Shown: positions 50,486-63,164 of the stretch, piece by piece
How positions within the stretch are numbered: the stretch's first letter is position 1
Layout: each line of letters opens with the position of its first letter
Origin: Lama glama
Lineage: Eukaryota
Direction: 5' to 3'
Assembly (NCBI GenBank): GCA_028534125.1
Contig: CM052818.1
Span: 31,684,001-31,748,000, forward strand
Length of the DNA: 64,000 bases
The notes under the pieces: model-generated
Told to the model about the DNA's origin: nothing
Databases searched by the model: none
Seen by the model: the letters and a program-made list of their open reading frames with translations, nothing else
Made by a program: the position numbers and the translations under genes

Positions 50486-52730
50486 CAGGCATACCTGGGA
50501 GACTGTGGGTTTGGTTCCAGACCACTGCAATAAAACTAATATTGTAATAAAGTAAGTCACATGAATTTTTTATTTTCCCAGCTTGTATTAAAATTATGTT
50601 TAGTCTATTAAGTGTGAAATAGTATTATGTCTAAACCAATTTACATACCTTAATTAAAAAGTACTTTATTGCTAAAAAATGCTAACCATCATTTGAGACT
50701 TTAGTGAGTAGTTATTTTTTGCTGGTGGAGGATCTTACCTCAATGTTGATAGCTGCTGATTAGCTAACTATCAAGGTGGTGGTTGCTGAAGGTTGGGGTA
50801 GCTTATTTCTCAAAATTAGACAACAGTGAGCTTTGTCACATCAATTGATTCTTTCACAAACAATTTTTCTGTAGCATGCAATGCTGTTTGATAGCATTTT
50901 ATTCACAGAACTTTTTTTCAAAATTGGAGTCAATCTTCTCAAACCCTGCCCTGTTTTATCAACTATGTTTATGTAATATCCTAAATCCTTTGTTGCTGTT
51001 TCAACAACCTTCACAACTTCTTCACCAGGAGTAGATTCCATCTCAAGAAGCCACTTTCTTTGCTTATCCATAATAAGCAGCTCCTCATCTGTGAAAGTTT
51101 TGTCATGAGATTGCAGCAGTTCAATCATATCTTCAGGTTCCACTCCTAATTCTAGTTCTCTTGTTGTTTCCACCACATCTGCAGTAACTTCCTCCACTGA
51201 AATTTTGAACCCCACCGAAGTCATTCATGAGGGTTGGAATCAACTTCTTCCAAACCCCCGTTAATGTTGTTATTTTGATCTCTTCCCATGAATCATGGAT
51301 GTTCTTAATGGCATCTAGAATGGTAAATCCATTCTGGACGGTTTTTAAATTTTTTTTAAATTAAAAAATATTTATTTATTTTACATTCTAGATGGTTTAA
51401 AGTTGACTTCTCCCATATCCATCAGAGGAGTCACTGTGTATGGCGTCTATGGCTTTACAAAGTACATTTTATAAGTAATAAGACTTGAAAGTTGAAATTG
51501 CTCCTTGATTCATGGGCTGCAGAGTAGATGTTGTGTTAGCAAGCATGAAAACATTAATCTCATTGTACATCTCCATTGGAGCTCTTGGGTGACCAGGTGC
51601 AGGATTTTCAGAATGGTTAATGAGAACTGGCTTCAATTTAATGTCACCAACTATATTAGCCACTAGCAAGAAAATAAGCCTTTTCTTTGAAGCCTGGCAT
51701 TGACTTCTTCTCTCTAGCTATGAAAGTCCTAGATAGCATCTTCTTCCTGTATAAGGCTGTTTCATCTACATAGAAAATCTGTCGTTTAGTGTAGCCACCT
51801 TCATTAATGATCTTAGTTAGATCTTTGGGATAAGTTGCAGCATCTACATCAGCACTTGCTGCTATACCTTTCACTTTTACGTTATGGAAGTGGCATCTTT
51901 CTTTAAACCTCATGAACCAACCTCTGCTAGCTTCAAACTTTTCTTTTGCAGCTTCTGTACCTCTCTTAGCCTTTGTAAAATTGGAGAGTTCGGGCCTTGC
52001 TCTTCATCAGGCTTTAGTTAAAGAAAATTTTGTGGCTGGCTTGGTCTATACAGACCACTAAAACCTTCTCCATATCAGCAATAAAGCTATTGTCATTCAT
52101 GTGTTCACTGGAGTAGCACTTTTAATTTCCTTCAAGAACTTTTTCTTTGCATTCACAACATGGCTAACTGCTTGGTGTAAGAGGCCTAGCTTTCAGCCTA
52201 GCTTTTGCTCTATCTCACCTTTTCACTTGCCTTCAAAACCTCACTAAATTTAATCACTTCTAACTTTTGATTTAAAAAGAAAGACCTGTGAATACTTGAA
52301 TACTTAGATACCATTGTAGGACTATTAACTGACCTAATTTCATATTTTTGTGTCTCAGGGAATAGGGAAGCCTGAAGAGGAGAGTGGGCAGCCAGTCACT
52401 AGAGCAGTCAGAACACACACAACATTTATCATTTATTGATTAAGTTCACTGTCTTTTATGGGCATGGTTTGTGGTACCCCAAAACAATTATAATAGTGAC
52501 ATCAAAGATCACTGATAAAAGATCACCATAACAAATATAATAATGGGAAATTTTGAAATATTGTGAGAATCACCAAAATATAGCACTTAGACGCAAAGTG
52601 AGCAAATGCTGTTGGAAATAGAACACTGATAGACCTGCTTGATGCAGGGTTGCTACAAACCTTCAATTTATAAAAATACAGTATTTGCAAAGTGCAAAAA
52701 AGCAAAGTCCAAGAAAATGAGGTATGCCTG
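50486..52730 (-). mobile_element. Tigger1 (TcMar/pogo) DNA transposon, near full length, transposase decayed
   Basis: TIRs CAGGCATACCT / AGGTATGCCTG flanked by TA on both sides; minus ORF remnants [67 protein letters not shown]. Confidence 0.96.
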
Positions 52731-53349
52731 TACTGGAGGTTGGCAGAGTCTGATGCTCTGTTTCACTTCTGCTGTGGTATCACCTAACCTGTAGGTTGCC
52801 TTTTTCCTTGGGCTGTCCTGATCTTAGCATTGATTATTTCACCTGTGTCCTAAGGGATTTCCAGTAGCACCTTCCATAGCTCCAGGTCCCAAGGTCTTTT
52901 TGCCTGCTGCATGAGCTCTTACCCTGTCAGACAGAAGCAGCAGGCACCAGTCCCTCTTCTTAACCACATTGCTTTGCCTGAGCTCATCCTCTGCATGTAC
53001 CCTGGCCCTCGAGACTGAGGGATGATGAAAGAATAGGATACCACAGGCATTTCTCATTGACCTTCTTTTCTTGTGTGTTTTTGGATGAATTTTTTCCTTT
53101 ATGCTTGTACTGCATGATGTTTAGTGTTTGCTTTCATTTATCCCTCCCAAAGAAATGACTTTCCTATGGGTGTCCCTTCTGTCACACTTTTTTTTTTGTT
53201 ATACACACACATACAGATAAAGTTAAAGTTCCATTTTCCTCCCTTCTTCAAGTCAACCACTGTCATGAAATGAATTTGGGTTTATAATTTTATGTTAATG
53301 TTTTCTGATTTAGAAGTGATAGATCATATTTATGTTCTCTTAATTGTTG

Positions 53350-54961
53350 CCTTTAAATTTTTTAACTGAAAATTTTTATTGAAATGTAGCGTATGTTCAG
53401 AAGTTGTACAGATTCTAAGTGTACAGCTTGACCAATAGGAGTGCTAAGGAAATGGTGGGAGCAGTTCATTGCAGGGTCAGACACTAAAGGGAGGTTCACT
53501 GTCTGTAGAGAATTGAAAAACAAGAGAAGAGCAGCCAGTCTGCTTTTTATTAGCATTATATATTGACCATTCTAAACAATGTCAGTGATAAAATACTTAT
53601 CTTTGCTGTGGCAGACCACTCCCATTGCCCCTCTACCTTGGTACATCTCTTCAGGTTGATAAATATCACACAGTGAACGCATCCATGAGTCACTACCCAT
53701 ATCTAATAATAGACTCCACCAGCACCCTGGAAGACTCACCTGTAATACCACAGATTCATTTTACCTATATTTTAATCTTGTATAAATGGAATAATACAAT
53801 ATCTACTCTTTCAAGTAAGGCTTCTTTTGCCCAGTTGCATGTTTGTGAGATTCATCCATATTGTGTGTTGCAGTAGTTTGTTATTTCTATTGTTGTGTAA
53901 TATTTCATTGTATGAGTATACTAAAATGTATTTATCATTGATTAACATTCAGTTAATTAACATTTGGGTTGATTCTTCTTTTGAGCCATTATGGATGCTG
54001 CCGTTTGGAATGTTACTGTACATGTCTTTTGATGCACACATGGAAGCATTTCTACTGGGCATATACTGAGAAGTAGAATTGCTGTTACAGAGTATACAGA
54101 TGTTCAATTTTAGTATATATTATCACTTTCTTAAAATGATTTTACCTATTTATACCCTCACCAGCAATGTATGAGAGGTTGGGGTGTTCCACATGCTTAC
54201 CAACACTTTGTGTAGTCAACTCCCCAAAATTTAACCATTCTGGAAGAAGTATAATGGTATCATATTCTGGTTTCACTGTGCACTTCTTTGATCCCTAATG
54301 AGTTTAAAAAACTTTTATGTTTATTGGCCATTTGGATACTTCCTTTGTGAAATGCCTATTCAAGTCTTATGCTCCAGTTTTAACTGAGTTGTCTATATAA
54401 TTGATTTGCAGAAGTTATACAGTCTGGATAAGCTCTTTTTTCAGTTATATGTAATGTCTTTTCCTCTATCAAATCACTTTATCAATTTTAAAATTATGGT
54501 TAGTGCTATTTGTATCTTAATTCTGTGTTATTGTCTAGAAGCTTTATTGTTTTGCTTTTTATATTTAGATCTGTAATCCATCTGGAATTGATTTTTATGT
54601 ATGGTGTGAGAGAGGATTCAGTTTTTTTCCTGCGTGAATATCCAGTTTACCCAGTAATTGTAAAATGATGAGCGTAATCATCTTGGTTTTGCTCCCAGTC
54701 TTGGAGGAAAAACTTTCATCAGTTCACAGTGAAATGCAGTGTTTGCTGTAGGGTTTTTGGAAGCCATCCTTTCTTAGGTGAAGAAAGTTCCGTTCTACTC
54801 CTTGTTGGCTAAGTTAGTTTTTTTCTTTTAAATCGTGAGTTGATATTCATCAGATGATTTTTCCTCATTTAGTACACTAATTTAAAAAATTACTTTTCTA
54901 TTAAATTAGAAATTAAATTGATAGATTTTCAAACTGTTAAACCAATCTTCCTTTTTGGAAT
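53350..54961 (-). mobile_element. old L1 3' portion (host of the young L1; resumes briefly after 56610)
   Basis: CACCAGCAATGTATGAGAG, TGTTTATTGGCCATTTGGATACTTCCTTTGTGAAATGCCTATTCAAGTC, ATCCATCTGGAATTGATTTTTATGTATGGTGTGAG. Confidence 0.88.
53432..53651. mobile_element. MER97-like hAT-Tip100 MITE inserted in L1
   Basis: TGTCTGTAGAGAATTGAAAAACAA...GTCTGCTTTTTATT...TTCTAAACAATGTCAGTGATAAAATACT; 8-bp TSD CAGCTTGA / CAGGTTGA. Confidence 0.75.
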
Positions 54962-54978
54962 AAAACTACCTTGGTCTT

Positions 54979-56593
54979 TTTTTTTTAACATTTTTTATTG
55001 ATTTATAATCATTTTACAATGTTGTGTCAAATTCCAGTGTAGAGCACAATTTTTCAGTTATGCATGAACATATATATATATTCATTGTCACATTTTTTTT
55101 CTCTGTGAGCTACCATAAAATCTTGTATATATTTCCCTGTGCTATACAGTATAATCTTGTTTATCTATTCTACAATTTTGAAATCCCAGTCTATCTCTTC
55201 CCACCCCTGCCCCTGTGGCAACCACAAGTTTGTATTCTATGTCTGTTAGTCTATTTCTGTTTTGTATTTATGCTTTGGTTTTTTTTGGTTTTTTTTTTTT
55301 AGATTCCACATATGAGTGATCTCATATGGTATTTTTCTTTCTCTTTCTGGCTTACATCACTTAGAATGACATTCTCCAGGAACATCCATGTTGCTGCAAA
55401 TGGCATTATGTTGTTGGTTTTTATGGCTGAATAGTATTCCATTGTATAAATATACCACTTCTTCTTTATCCAGTCACCTGTTGATGGACATTTAGGCTGT
55501 TTCCATGTCTTGGCTATTGTAAATAATGCTGCTATGAATATTGGGGTGCAGGTGTCATCCTGAAGTAGGGTTCCTTCTGGATATATGCCCAGGAGCGGGA
55601 TTCCTGGGTCATATGGTAAGTCTATTCCTAGTCTTTTGAGGAATCTCCATACTGTTTTCCTCAGTGGCTGCACCAAACTGCATTCCCACCAGCAGTGAAG
55701 GAGGGTTCCCTTNNNNNNNNNNNNNNNNNNNNNNNNNNNNNNNNNNNNNNNNNNNNNNNNNNNNNNNNNNNNNNNNNNNNNNNNNNNNNNNNNNNNNNNN
55801 NNNNNNNNNNNNNNNNNNNNNNNNNNNNNNNNNNNNNNNNNNNNNNNNNNNNNNNNNNNNNNNNNNNNNNNNNNNNNNNNNNNNNNNNNNNNNNNNNNNN
55901 NNNNNNNNNNNNNNNNNNNNNNNNNNNNNNNNNNNNNNNNNNNNNNNNNNNNNNNNNNNNNNNNNNNNNNNNNNNNNNNNNNNNNNNNNNNNNNNNNNNN
56001 NNNNNNNNNNNNNNNNNNNNNNNNNNNNNNNNNNNNNNNNNNNNNNNNNNNNNNNNNNNNNNNNNNNNNNNNNNNNNNNNNNNNNNNNNNNNNNNNNNNN
56101 NNNNNNNNNNNNNNNNNNNNNNNNNNNNNNNNNNNNNNNNNNNNNNNNNNNNNNNNNNNNNNNNNNNNNNNNNNNNNNNNNNNNNNNNNNNNNNNNNNNN
56201 NNNNNNNNNNNNCTCTTTCTGTTTCTTCAGTAATGCTTTGGCAATTCTAGGTCTTTGATGGTTCCATATAAATTTTATTATGATTTGTTCTAGTTCTGTG
56301 AAATATGTCCTGGGTAATTGGATAGGGATTGCATTAAATCTGTAGATTGCCTTGGGTAGTGTGACCATTTTAACAATATTGATTCTTCCAATCCAAGAGC
56401 ATGGGACATCTTTCCATTTTTTAAAGTCTTCTTTAATTTCCTTCATCAGTTGTTTATAGTTTTCTGTGTATAATTCTTTCACCTCCTTGGTTAGATTATT
56501 CCTAGGTATTTTATTACTTTGGGTGCTATTTTAAAGGGGATTGTTTCTTTACTTTCTTTTTCTGTTGATTCATTGTTAGTGTAAAGAAATGCA
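54979..56593 (-). mobile_element. young lineage-specific 5'-truncated L1 (camelid-type) with poly-A tail and 17-bp TSD
   Basis: well-preserved ORF2 pieces [31 protein letters not shown] and [14 protein letters not shown]...[56 protein letters not shown] at 54962-54978 and 56594-56610. Confidence 0.97.
55713..56212. other. assembly gap (500 N) inside the young L1
   Basis: run of N bases. Confidence 1.
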
Positions 56594-56903
56594 AAAACTA
56601 CCTTGGTCTTGATGTCTTATATTCTTTTTGTATATTGTATTTTAGTTATTTCATGAATGTGGGTGTTGCCCCCATCGCTTTGAGAACAGAGGGTTCCCTT
56701 GCACAGCCTTGATAACTCTCCTCCTGTAGTGCTGAGTCCTTAGAAGATGCCCAGAGAGTTCTTGAGGAGGTGAAGTGCCATTAACCCAAGTAGTTTTTCC
56801 TTCGTGCATTCGGGTGGGTTTGACAGTTTGGGTGGTGCGATTTTCCCAGTGGCTAATGAGCAGCTTAGGAATGCTAATGATAGGCTTCCTTTGGTTGTCT
56901 CTT

Positions 56904-56917
56904 GTGAGTCAGCAAAT
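56904..56917 (+). promoter_or_regulatory. candidate CNC-sMAF/ARE (AP-1-containing) motif
   Basis: GTGAGTCAGCAAAT fits RTGASTCAGCA plus an A/T-rich flank, in apparently non-repeat DNA. Confidence 0.3.
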
Positions 56918-58872
56918 GAGCTCTGTAACTTGCAGAGCCAGAAGTTAATTAGTGACCCAGTATAGACAGACCCTGATGGAAATAAGGGAATTTTGGTCTG
57001 TTAGAGTGGAGCACTAAAAAGCTTTGAAGATGAGGCCAGGGTTGGGGATATGAACGAAAAGTGAACGGAAGCTGGAACTAAGGTTTATAAATAAATGCCA
57101 GTGCAGGGGCTCTGTAAAGGAACGAGGAGAGGCCAGAACACATGGCCAACACAGGAAGAGGAGGGGCCCAAAATCTGGGTATCACTGACATCAGAGTTAC
57201 TGTTGCTTCACATCTCTCCCTGGTAGCAGAACAGAAGGGAGAAATGCCAGAGCTGTGTGCAGCATGAGTAGCTGAAGCAGATCACCTGCCAGTGGGCAAT
57301 GATGGATGAGGGATTTTGAGTGTTGCGCTTCTTGTTCACTTTTCTTTGAGACAGACTGGAAAATCTGAAAGCCCATCTGCTTACACGTTTACTACAATAA
57401 CCCAAAGGATAAATAATTTGCCAGGCAATACCATGGATAATGTTCTCCAAATGAAGTCGAGTAGACCATAGACATCAGGCAGAAATGAAAATAAGGGACT
57501 TCTTTGTTGAGCTTCGTAAGTGATGTCCACTGTAAACACTGGACTTGAATGTGCTGGGCGTGCTCATGATCCTGGAAAGAACTTCAGCCAGAAAAAGTAT
57601 CATTCCCTTGGCTTAGGCAGGTACCTAATTAGGTTAGGAGAAAAGCCAACAAGCAGCCTATTGAAAGCTAAACTGTTGCAAGGCACTGTGGGTAAAATAT
57701 GCAAAATGCCACGAGGGCAGAAGTAAGGAGGCCTGTAGGACAGGTGCAACATAAAACTAACCTGCCAGGGAAGTTGTTAGTTCTGTTTGCTTTTGAAATG
57801 AGTTTAACCTTTTTTTTCTCCCAGTGTGGAAGCTCTGTCCCTTTCACCATTTAAGACCCAGAAACAGATACTTACCACACTCTCCTCACCTGAATTTTAA
57901 TAGTAGCTTAAAAATGGAAAGGAGTCTCATGATTCTTCCATTTTTGGGTCAGGTGTCCCAGCCATTCTGCATTCCCTAGGAAATGTTCAGAATGGAATGG
58001 TGATGTATCAGTGTATCAAAATTCTGCCCCATTTAAGCCCATTCTTTGGGAGTTTAACACTGAATGAAATGTTCCTGATGTGCCATACTCATTTCTTACT
58101 GTAGCAACAATTATACAATACTGATATCAGCTGGGGCCTCTGTAGCCTGGGTGTAAGCCTGTCTTCACGGTTTCTACAGATTCATGGTCCTAAGTTGCAC
58201 TGGAATGGGCAAACATAAAATGCAGCCTCATCATACGCGCACACCCCTCACCTATACCAAAGATTTTTATTAACAATTTTGCTACAGATTTGAGATGTGG
58301 TGGGGCAGAGTGGAAAGAGGGGGCAGGGAGGTTCTATTCTGTCTATCAAACCACTAGCCATCTCCCTAGCTTTCCCCTTATCTCTATCCCTCATGTCTTT
58401 CTCTGCATTTTCTTTTAGAAATCCTTTTTCTTGTCACATGCAGAGGAGTTTCAGTCCCTTCCCTGAGCACTTGCTACCAGTGATAATCATGCTTGTATAT
58501 ATTCGGGTGAGCTTCTCAGGGAAGTTTCCCTACAAACAGGTCTTTCCCTAAGAGATTTGGTACCAGCCCCTTTTAAATACTTTGAAGTAGGGATCGTTAT
58601 CTCCTTTTTACACTTGAGGAGACTGAGGCCTGGAATGAGTTTGTGAATTGCTTAAGTTAACACAACAGGACGAGGATCCTAAATGAGGTTGCTTGCCCTC
58701 AAATCCTACACTGTTTCCACTACTCCATGCTGCTTTTAAGGGCCAGTTATAAGGATTTCAAAGCCCTTTACCTACATGATCTCTCCTGAGGTCAGGTAGG
58801 AAGAGGATACAGTTTGACAGCTTTCACACCATATTATTGGATAGTGTTCTTGCTCACTTTATTTTATGAAAG

Positions 58873-58926
58873 CCTGTGAGTAACCCCCTTACCTGTGAGT
58901 AACCTCTTACCTGTGAATAACCCCTT
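58873..58926 (+). repeat. 18-19-bp tandem triplication
   Basis: CCTGTGAGTAACCCCCTTA / CCTGTGAGTAACCTCTTA / CCTGTGAATAACCCCTT. Confidence 0.92.
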
Positions 58927-60179
58927 TTTAAAGAAGAGGAAGCTGAAGTTGGAGAGGGAGGTGACTTGGCTGAAGTCCCACCACCAGTGAAGAGTGTATC
59001 TGAGTCTCAAACCCAGGCGTCTACCTCTGAGTCCACTGCATCTTATACCTGGCAGAAACTCGAAGGGAAGGGTCAAAGTTTGTAGAATCTTGCTGATTTC
59101 CACTTAGTTTTTCAAGATAATGTTTAACCCAGAATAGAGAAGCTAATTAGCTCAGCCACATATGTGGGCTTATCCCACACCTGCTACTGGGGCCCAGCTT
59201 AGGTCTAAAGCTGTGTCATCTTCAGGAGCAGTTGTGGGTATTGAACCCTGGGAAGGCCAGAGGAGACCTGAAATGATTGGGCCTTCACCTTTGTTTTCTT
59301 CCCTTCCCTTGGCTTTTTGTGAAGCTGAGCCTGTCATTAATCAGGCTGCAAAGCAAAGGAAATAAAAAAAACTGCCTTGGAAAGAACTCTTATTTATTTA
59401 AAGTTGAAAAAAAAGACAACTCAGAAAAGACTGAAACATGTTTCCAATATATGGATTTGATTACCTGGCTGTGAACAAGGGGACCTAGTCATTTAAAATT
59501 AAAATTTAGATATTCGGTGAGTTTTTTTGATGAATCAGTTGTTCTGGGAGGAGCCCCGACTGACAGCAATGGTGAGGTTTCCTTCATCTTCTCTCTGTAC
59601 ATTCTGAGGTGCTTGTTAATTGCTCTAATTGCTAGATGTCACTTTTTCACAAGGGCCAGGGTTGGGATGGCGCCAGCAAAGCCTGACATGTTTTCATCCT
59701 ATGGGTTTGAGGAAGGCTTATCATCTGAGCAATGGAGCCCTGAGTGTCTATCCCCAGGAGTGACCATTAGACCACCCTCCTCACAGCAGTCAAATGTGCC
59801 AGTACAGTTGCTTCTGACTTCGATGGTGAGTATCCATCAGAAACATGACCCTTATCCAGCTGGGGGCAAGGATGAATGCATCATTGAGACAGTAGAACAG
59901 AATGGAGGCCATAGGAAGCCGAGGATATTATTATTGTTCTCTAGGGCAGCTCATAGAAAACCTGGCAGTGAATGCACAGGAAACAGTAACTGGCGGATAT
60001 AATTCCGGCAATGTGAACACTGGGACATACTGTTCAGCACTTGCAGTTGAATTGCAGAATAAAATCCCAGTGGGCAGGAACCCCTCTTCCCATGAACTCA
60101 TGCCCTCTTCTCCCTTGAGCTGCAGTGTTCATAACAGGACTCTCTATTACTGTGCTACCAATCAATTTTCCTCAGGAAC

Positions 60180-60752
60180 AGTTCTGATCATGTCCCTCTC
60201 TTGTTTCAGAACTTGCAGGGGCTCTCTCTTGTCTCCAGAATAGAATGAATTTGGCATTCAAGTTTACTTTACCATCCTCTCCTTCATTTACTGGCTCCTA
60301 TCTTTTCCACATATCCCCCACGCTTCCCTTTTTGCACCCTGCATTTCAGCCACTGTGTTCCTCACACCTGCTTTCCCTGCTTTTTCAGTTTATGCCTTTC
60401 CTTTCTTTTCTTCACAAAATGCCCTAAATCTCATCTTTGCATACTGCTATTTTCCCCGTGATTTTAGACCAGTGGTAAAATGATACCTCCTTCTTTAATT
60501 CTCCTCCTCCAACTAGACACCCTTTCTTCCTCCTCTGGACTCCCACAGTGCTGTGTCTTTCTTACTGTAATACCCATTAGCTTCCACTTTGCATTATAGT
60601 TGCTTAGTAGGGTTTCTTTTCTGCATGTCTCACCTCATATGTTCCTTGAAGGCAGAGGTAGGTGATTCCTTATTGTGTCTACTCTGGGGTCAGGCAGGAT
60701 GTCTTGGGCAGAGTGGGCACCTTCAAATGTTTGATAAATGAATGAATGAATG
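60180..60752 (+). mobile_element. L2 LINE 3' fragment
   Basis: GTTCCTTGAAGGCAGAG...CAAATGTTTGATAAATGAATGAATGAATGA terminal repeat. Confidence 0.8.
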
Positions 60753-61009
60753 AGAGGTTTATTGAGGCAAGGGTTAGCAGTCTTTGGCCTAGGTTGGCAC
60801 CCAATGGTTGCTACTGTCCACCATTTCCTTCCTTCTCTGTTTTCCTCTTGCTTTTCTCTCTTCTCTTTTTACTGTCTCTTTTTCCTCTTTTTTGTTTCAC
60901 CTGCCCCCAAGCCTTGGTTTCTGAATAGCTCTGTTGGGCATACCCGATCTCTCCGAGTGCTGATTCCTGCTACAGGTGGAGTTTTCCACGGTCCTAAACA
61001 ATTTATTGG

Positions 61010-61952
61010 CAGTTAGCTGCCAGGCCCTGCCTCGTGGAGGCTGCTAGCTGGGCAGGGCCAGGTTTCAATATGGCTAGATTGGGGGACTGGGAGAGGCCTG
61101 GGGCCGGTGCAGGCCCATTTATGGGTGGGTCAGGTCCTGGGCATGCTGGTGGGCAGAGCTCTCTGTCCTAGGGTAGCAGGCTACAGGGCCCATTGTGAGG
61201 CCCTGGGCCTGGCGCAGGCCTGCTGGTAGGTGGGGCTGGGTCCCTGAGTGGCTGGCTAATCTTCTTTGGGCATCTCAGGACTGGTGCTTACTGGCTGGTG
61301 GCAGGTAGGCCCTTGGTATTCATAGGCTACAGGGAGGACTCCAAAATAGTGCTTGTGAGCACCAGTTTCCTTGTGGTAGAAATGGGCTCCCCCAAATGGC
61401 TGGCACCTGATTTATGTTCCTTGGGGGAGTCCCAGTTGTTTTCTGCTTCTCTGGGAGGCTTCAAGATCAGCAAGTCGGTCTGATTTAGGCTTCTTTCAAG
61501 TCACCGCCTCTGTTCTGGGTCCTGGAGTATGTGAGATTTTTGTGTGTACCCTTTAAGAGCGGAGTCTCTTTTTTTGTACAGCTGTTTGGCTCTGCTGTAT
61601 ACAAGTCCTGCTGGCCTTCAAAGCCACACCTTCTGGGGTGTTGTCTTCCCAGTGCAGGATCCCCAGGCTGGGGAGTCCAATGTGGAGCCTGTACTCCTTA
61701 ACACTTAGGGGGAACCTCTGCAATTGTGATTATTTTCCTGTTTGTGGATTGCTTACCCACAAGTATGGATCTCGACAACTACACTGCATCTCTGCCCTTC
61801 CTACCCTTCTCATTGTGGGTCCTTCTTTATATCTTTAGTTGTAGAAATATTTTCTGCTAGTCTTCAGATCTCTTCTCATTAATAGTTGTAATTTTGGTGT
61901 GCCTGTGGGAGGAGGTGAGTTCAGGATATTCCTACTCTGGCATCTTGTCCAC
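61010..61952 (-). mobile_element. isolated L1 5' UTR (laurasiatherian-type), no adjoining ORF1
   Basis: minus strand begins CAAGATGCCAGAGTAGGAATATCCTGAACTCACCTCCTCCCACAGGCACACCAAAATTACAACTATT, matching a recalled L1 5' terminus. Confidence 0.75.
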
Positions 61953-63164
61953 ACCTCAAATAACTATTAAAGAAGAAGAACAACAACAAAGAAACTATAA
62001 AGTCAACATGGTCTGGTATGAGGAAAATAGGGACCTTTTTCCATATGAAGCTTGTTTGCTTTGGAGAGTACTATTTGAAAATACGTGTTTGTGGAGCATT
62101 TTCTTCTCTCCTCTGAGAAGCAACAAGTATTCTTTCCTGGCTAGTGTCTCTGCTTATCTCTAGTAGAGGGTTAAGCATGGAGGAGGCAAGTGGGCATAGC
62201 ACTGAATAGCAGCCAAGCCTCTTTTCTCACTAATACCTCTCTACAAACTCTACCTCTCTCTGCAGCCAGGGTTACTCGATAAAATGGTTTGGCTTAAAGA
62301 AGCAGGAAACCATCAAGATGCTAGGGAAAGCACCAGGTTGGACTTGACTCTGGCTTTGCCAGACACTGTGGTGTAGGGGGAACCTGCTAGTATCTGAGGG
62401 GCTTCGTTTACTCTTCTGTACAGTTGGAGAAAGGATTGGATGATCTCTGGGGTCTTTTCTAGATCAAACGTTTCAGAATTCCTGATTTGAGATTCTTTAT
62501 CTAAGAAAAGACTGCCGTAGCTCAGGCTGAGCCAGGGCCAGGAGGTGGGTAGCATCTGCCCCGTTTAGAGCCCACAGCCTCAGCTGCAGCTGTAGGGTCT
62601 GGGCTGTCACTGCTTTGGAGCTGGGGTGGACATCACTCTGCACTCCTGGTCAGACTTTTCAGTTACATCGCACTGCAGATTGTTTGTAGTCTGCTGGGTC
62701 ATGACTGCCAGCCTGATTGCCAAGCCTTGAGTATAGGAAACACTGATTGCTCCCTCTCTCCCTGTGTCTGACTTCACCTGGCATGACACACGCAGATTAG
62801 GGCACACTCATACCCGATAAGGCCCTAGTGACTGGCTCATATCCGGGCAGCTCGCTGGAGCTCCTTGACGCAGACTTGAGTCTCCCCAGGGCAAGTGAGA
62901 GCTGCATCTGTTAGTAAGTGCCTGTGTTCGCCCACTCTGAATGTGCACTCCTGTCTCCCAGGGACCCCTGTGCTGTTTCTAACAGATGCATTTGCTCACA
63001 GCAAAACTGAAAATGCCTGATGACAGGCATGACTGATCTAAGCACAGAGAAAGTGACATGGGGGCTGTCCTTCAACTTTTGGAGAGCTTTTACTAAATGG
63101 GGATTGATATAGACCCTAAAATGTAATGGAATAGTTTGAATTGCAAGGAACCTGAGAGATCTAG

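Noticed and set aside
50841..51913. TIGD-like domesticated transposase gene
   Set aside because: Frameshifted, interrupted by stops, internally deleted and still enclosed by TIRs.
55661..56482. Long ORFs of 187-273 aa
   Set aside because: Artefacts of translating through 500 Ns; the real parts are L1 ORF2.
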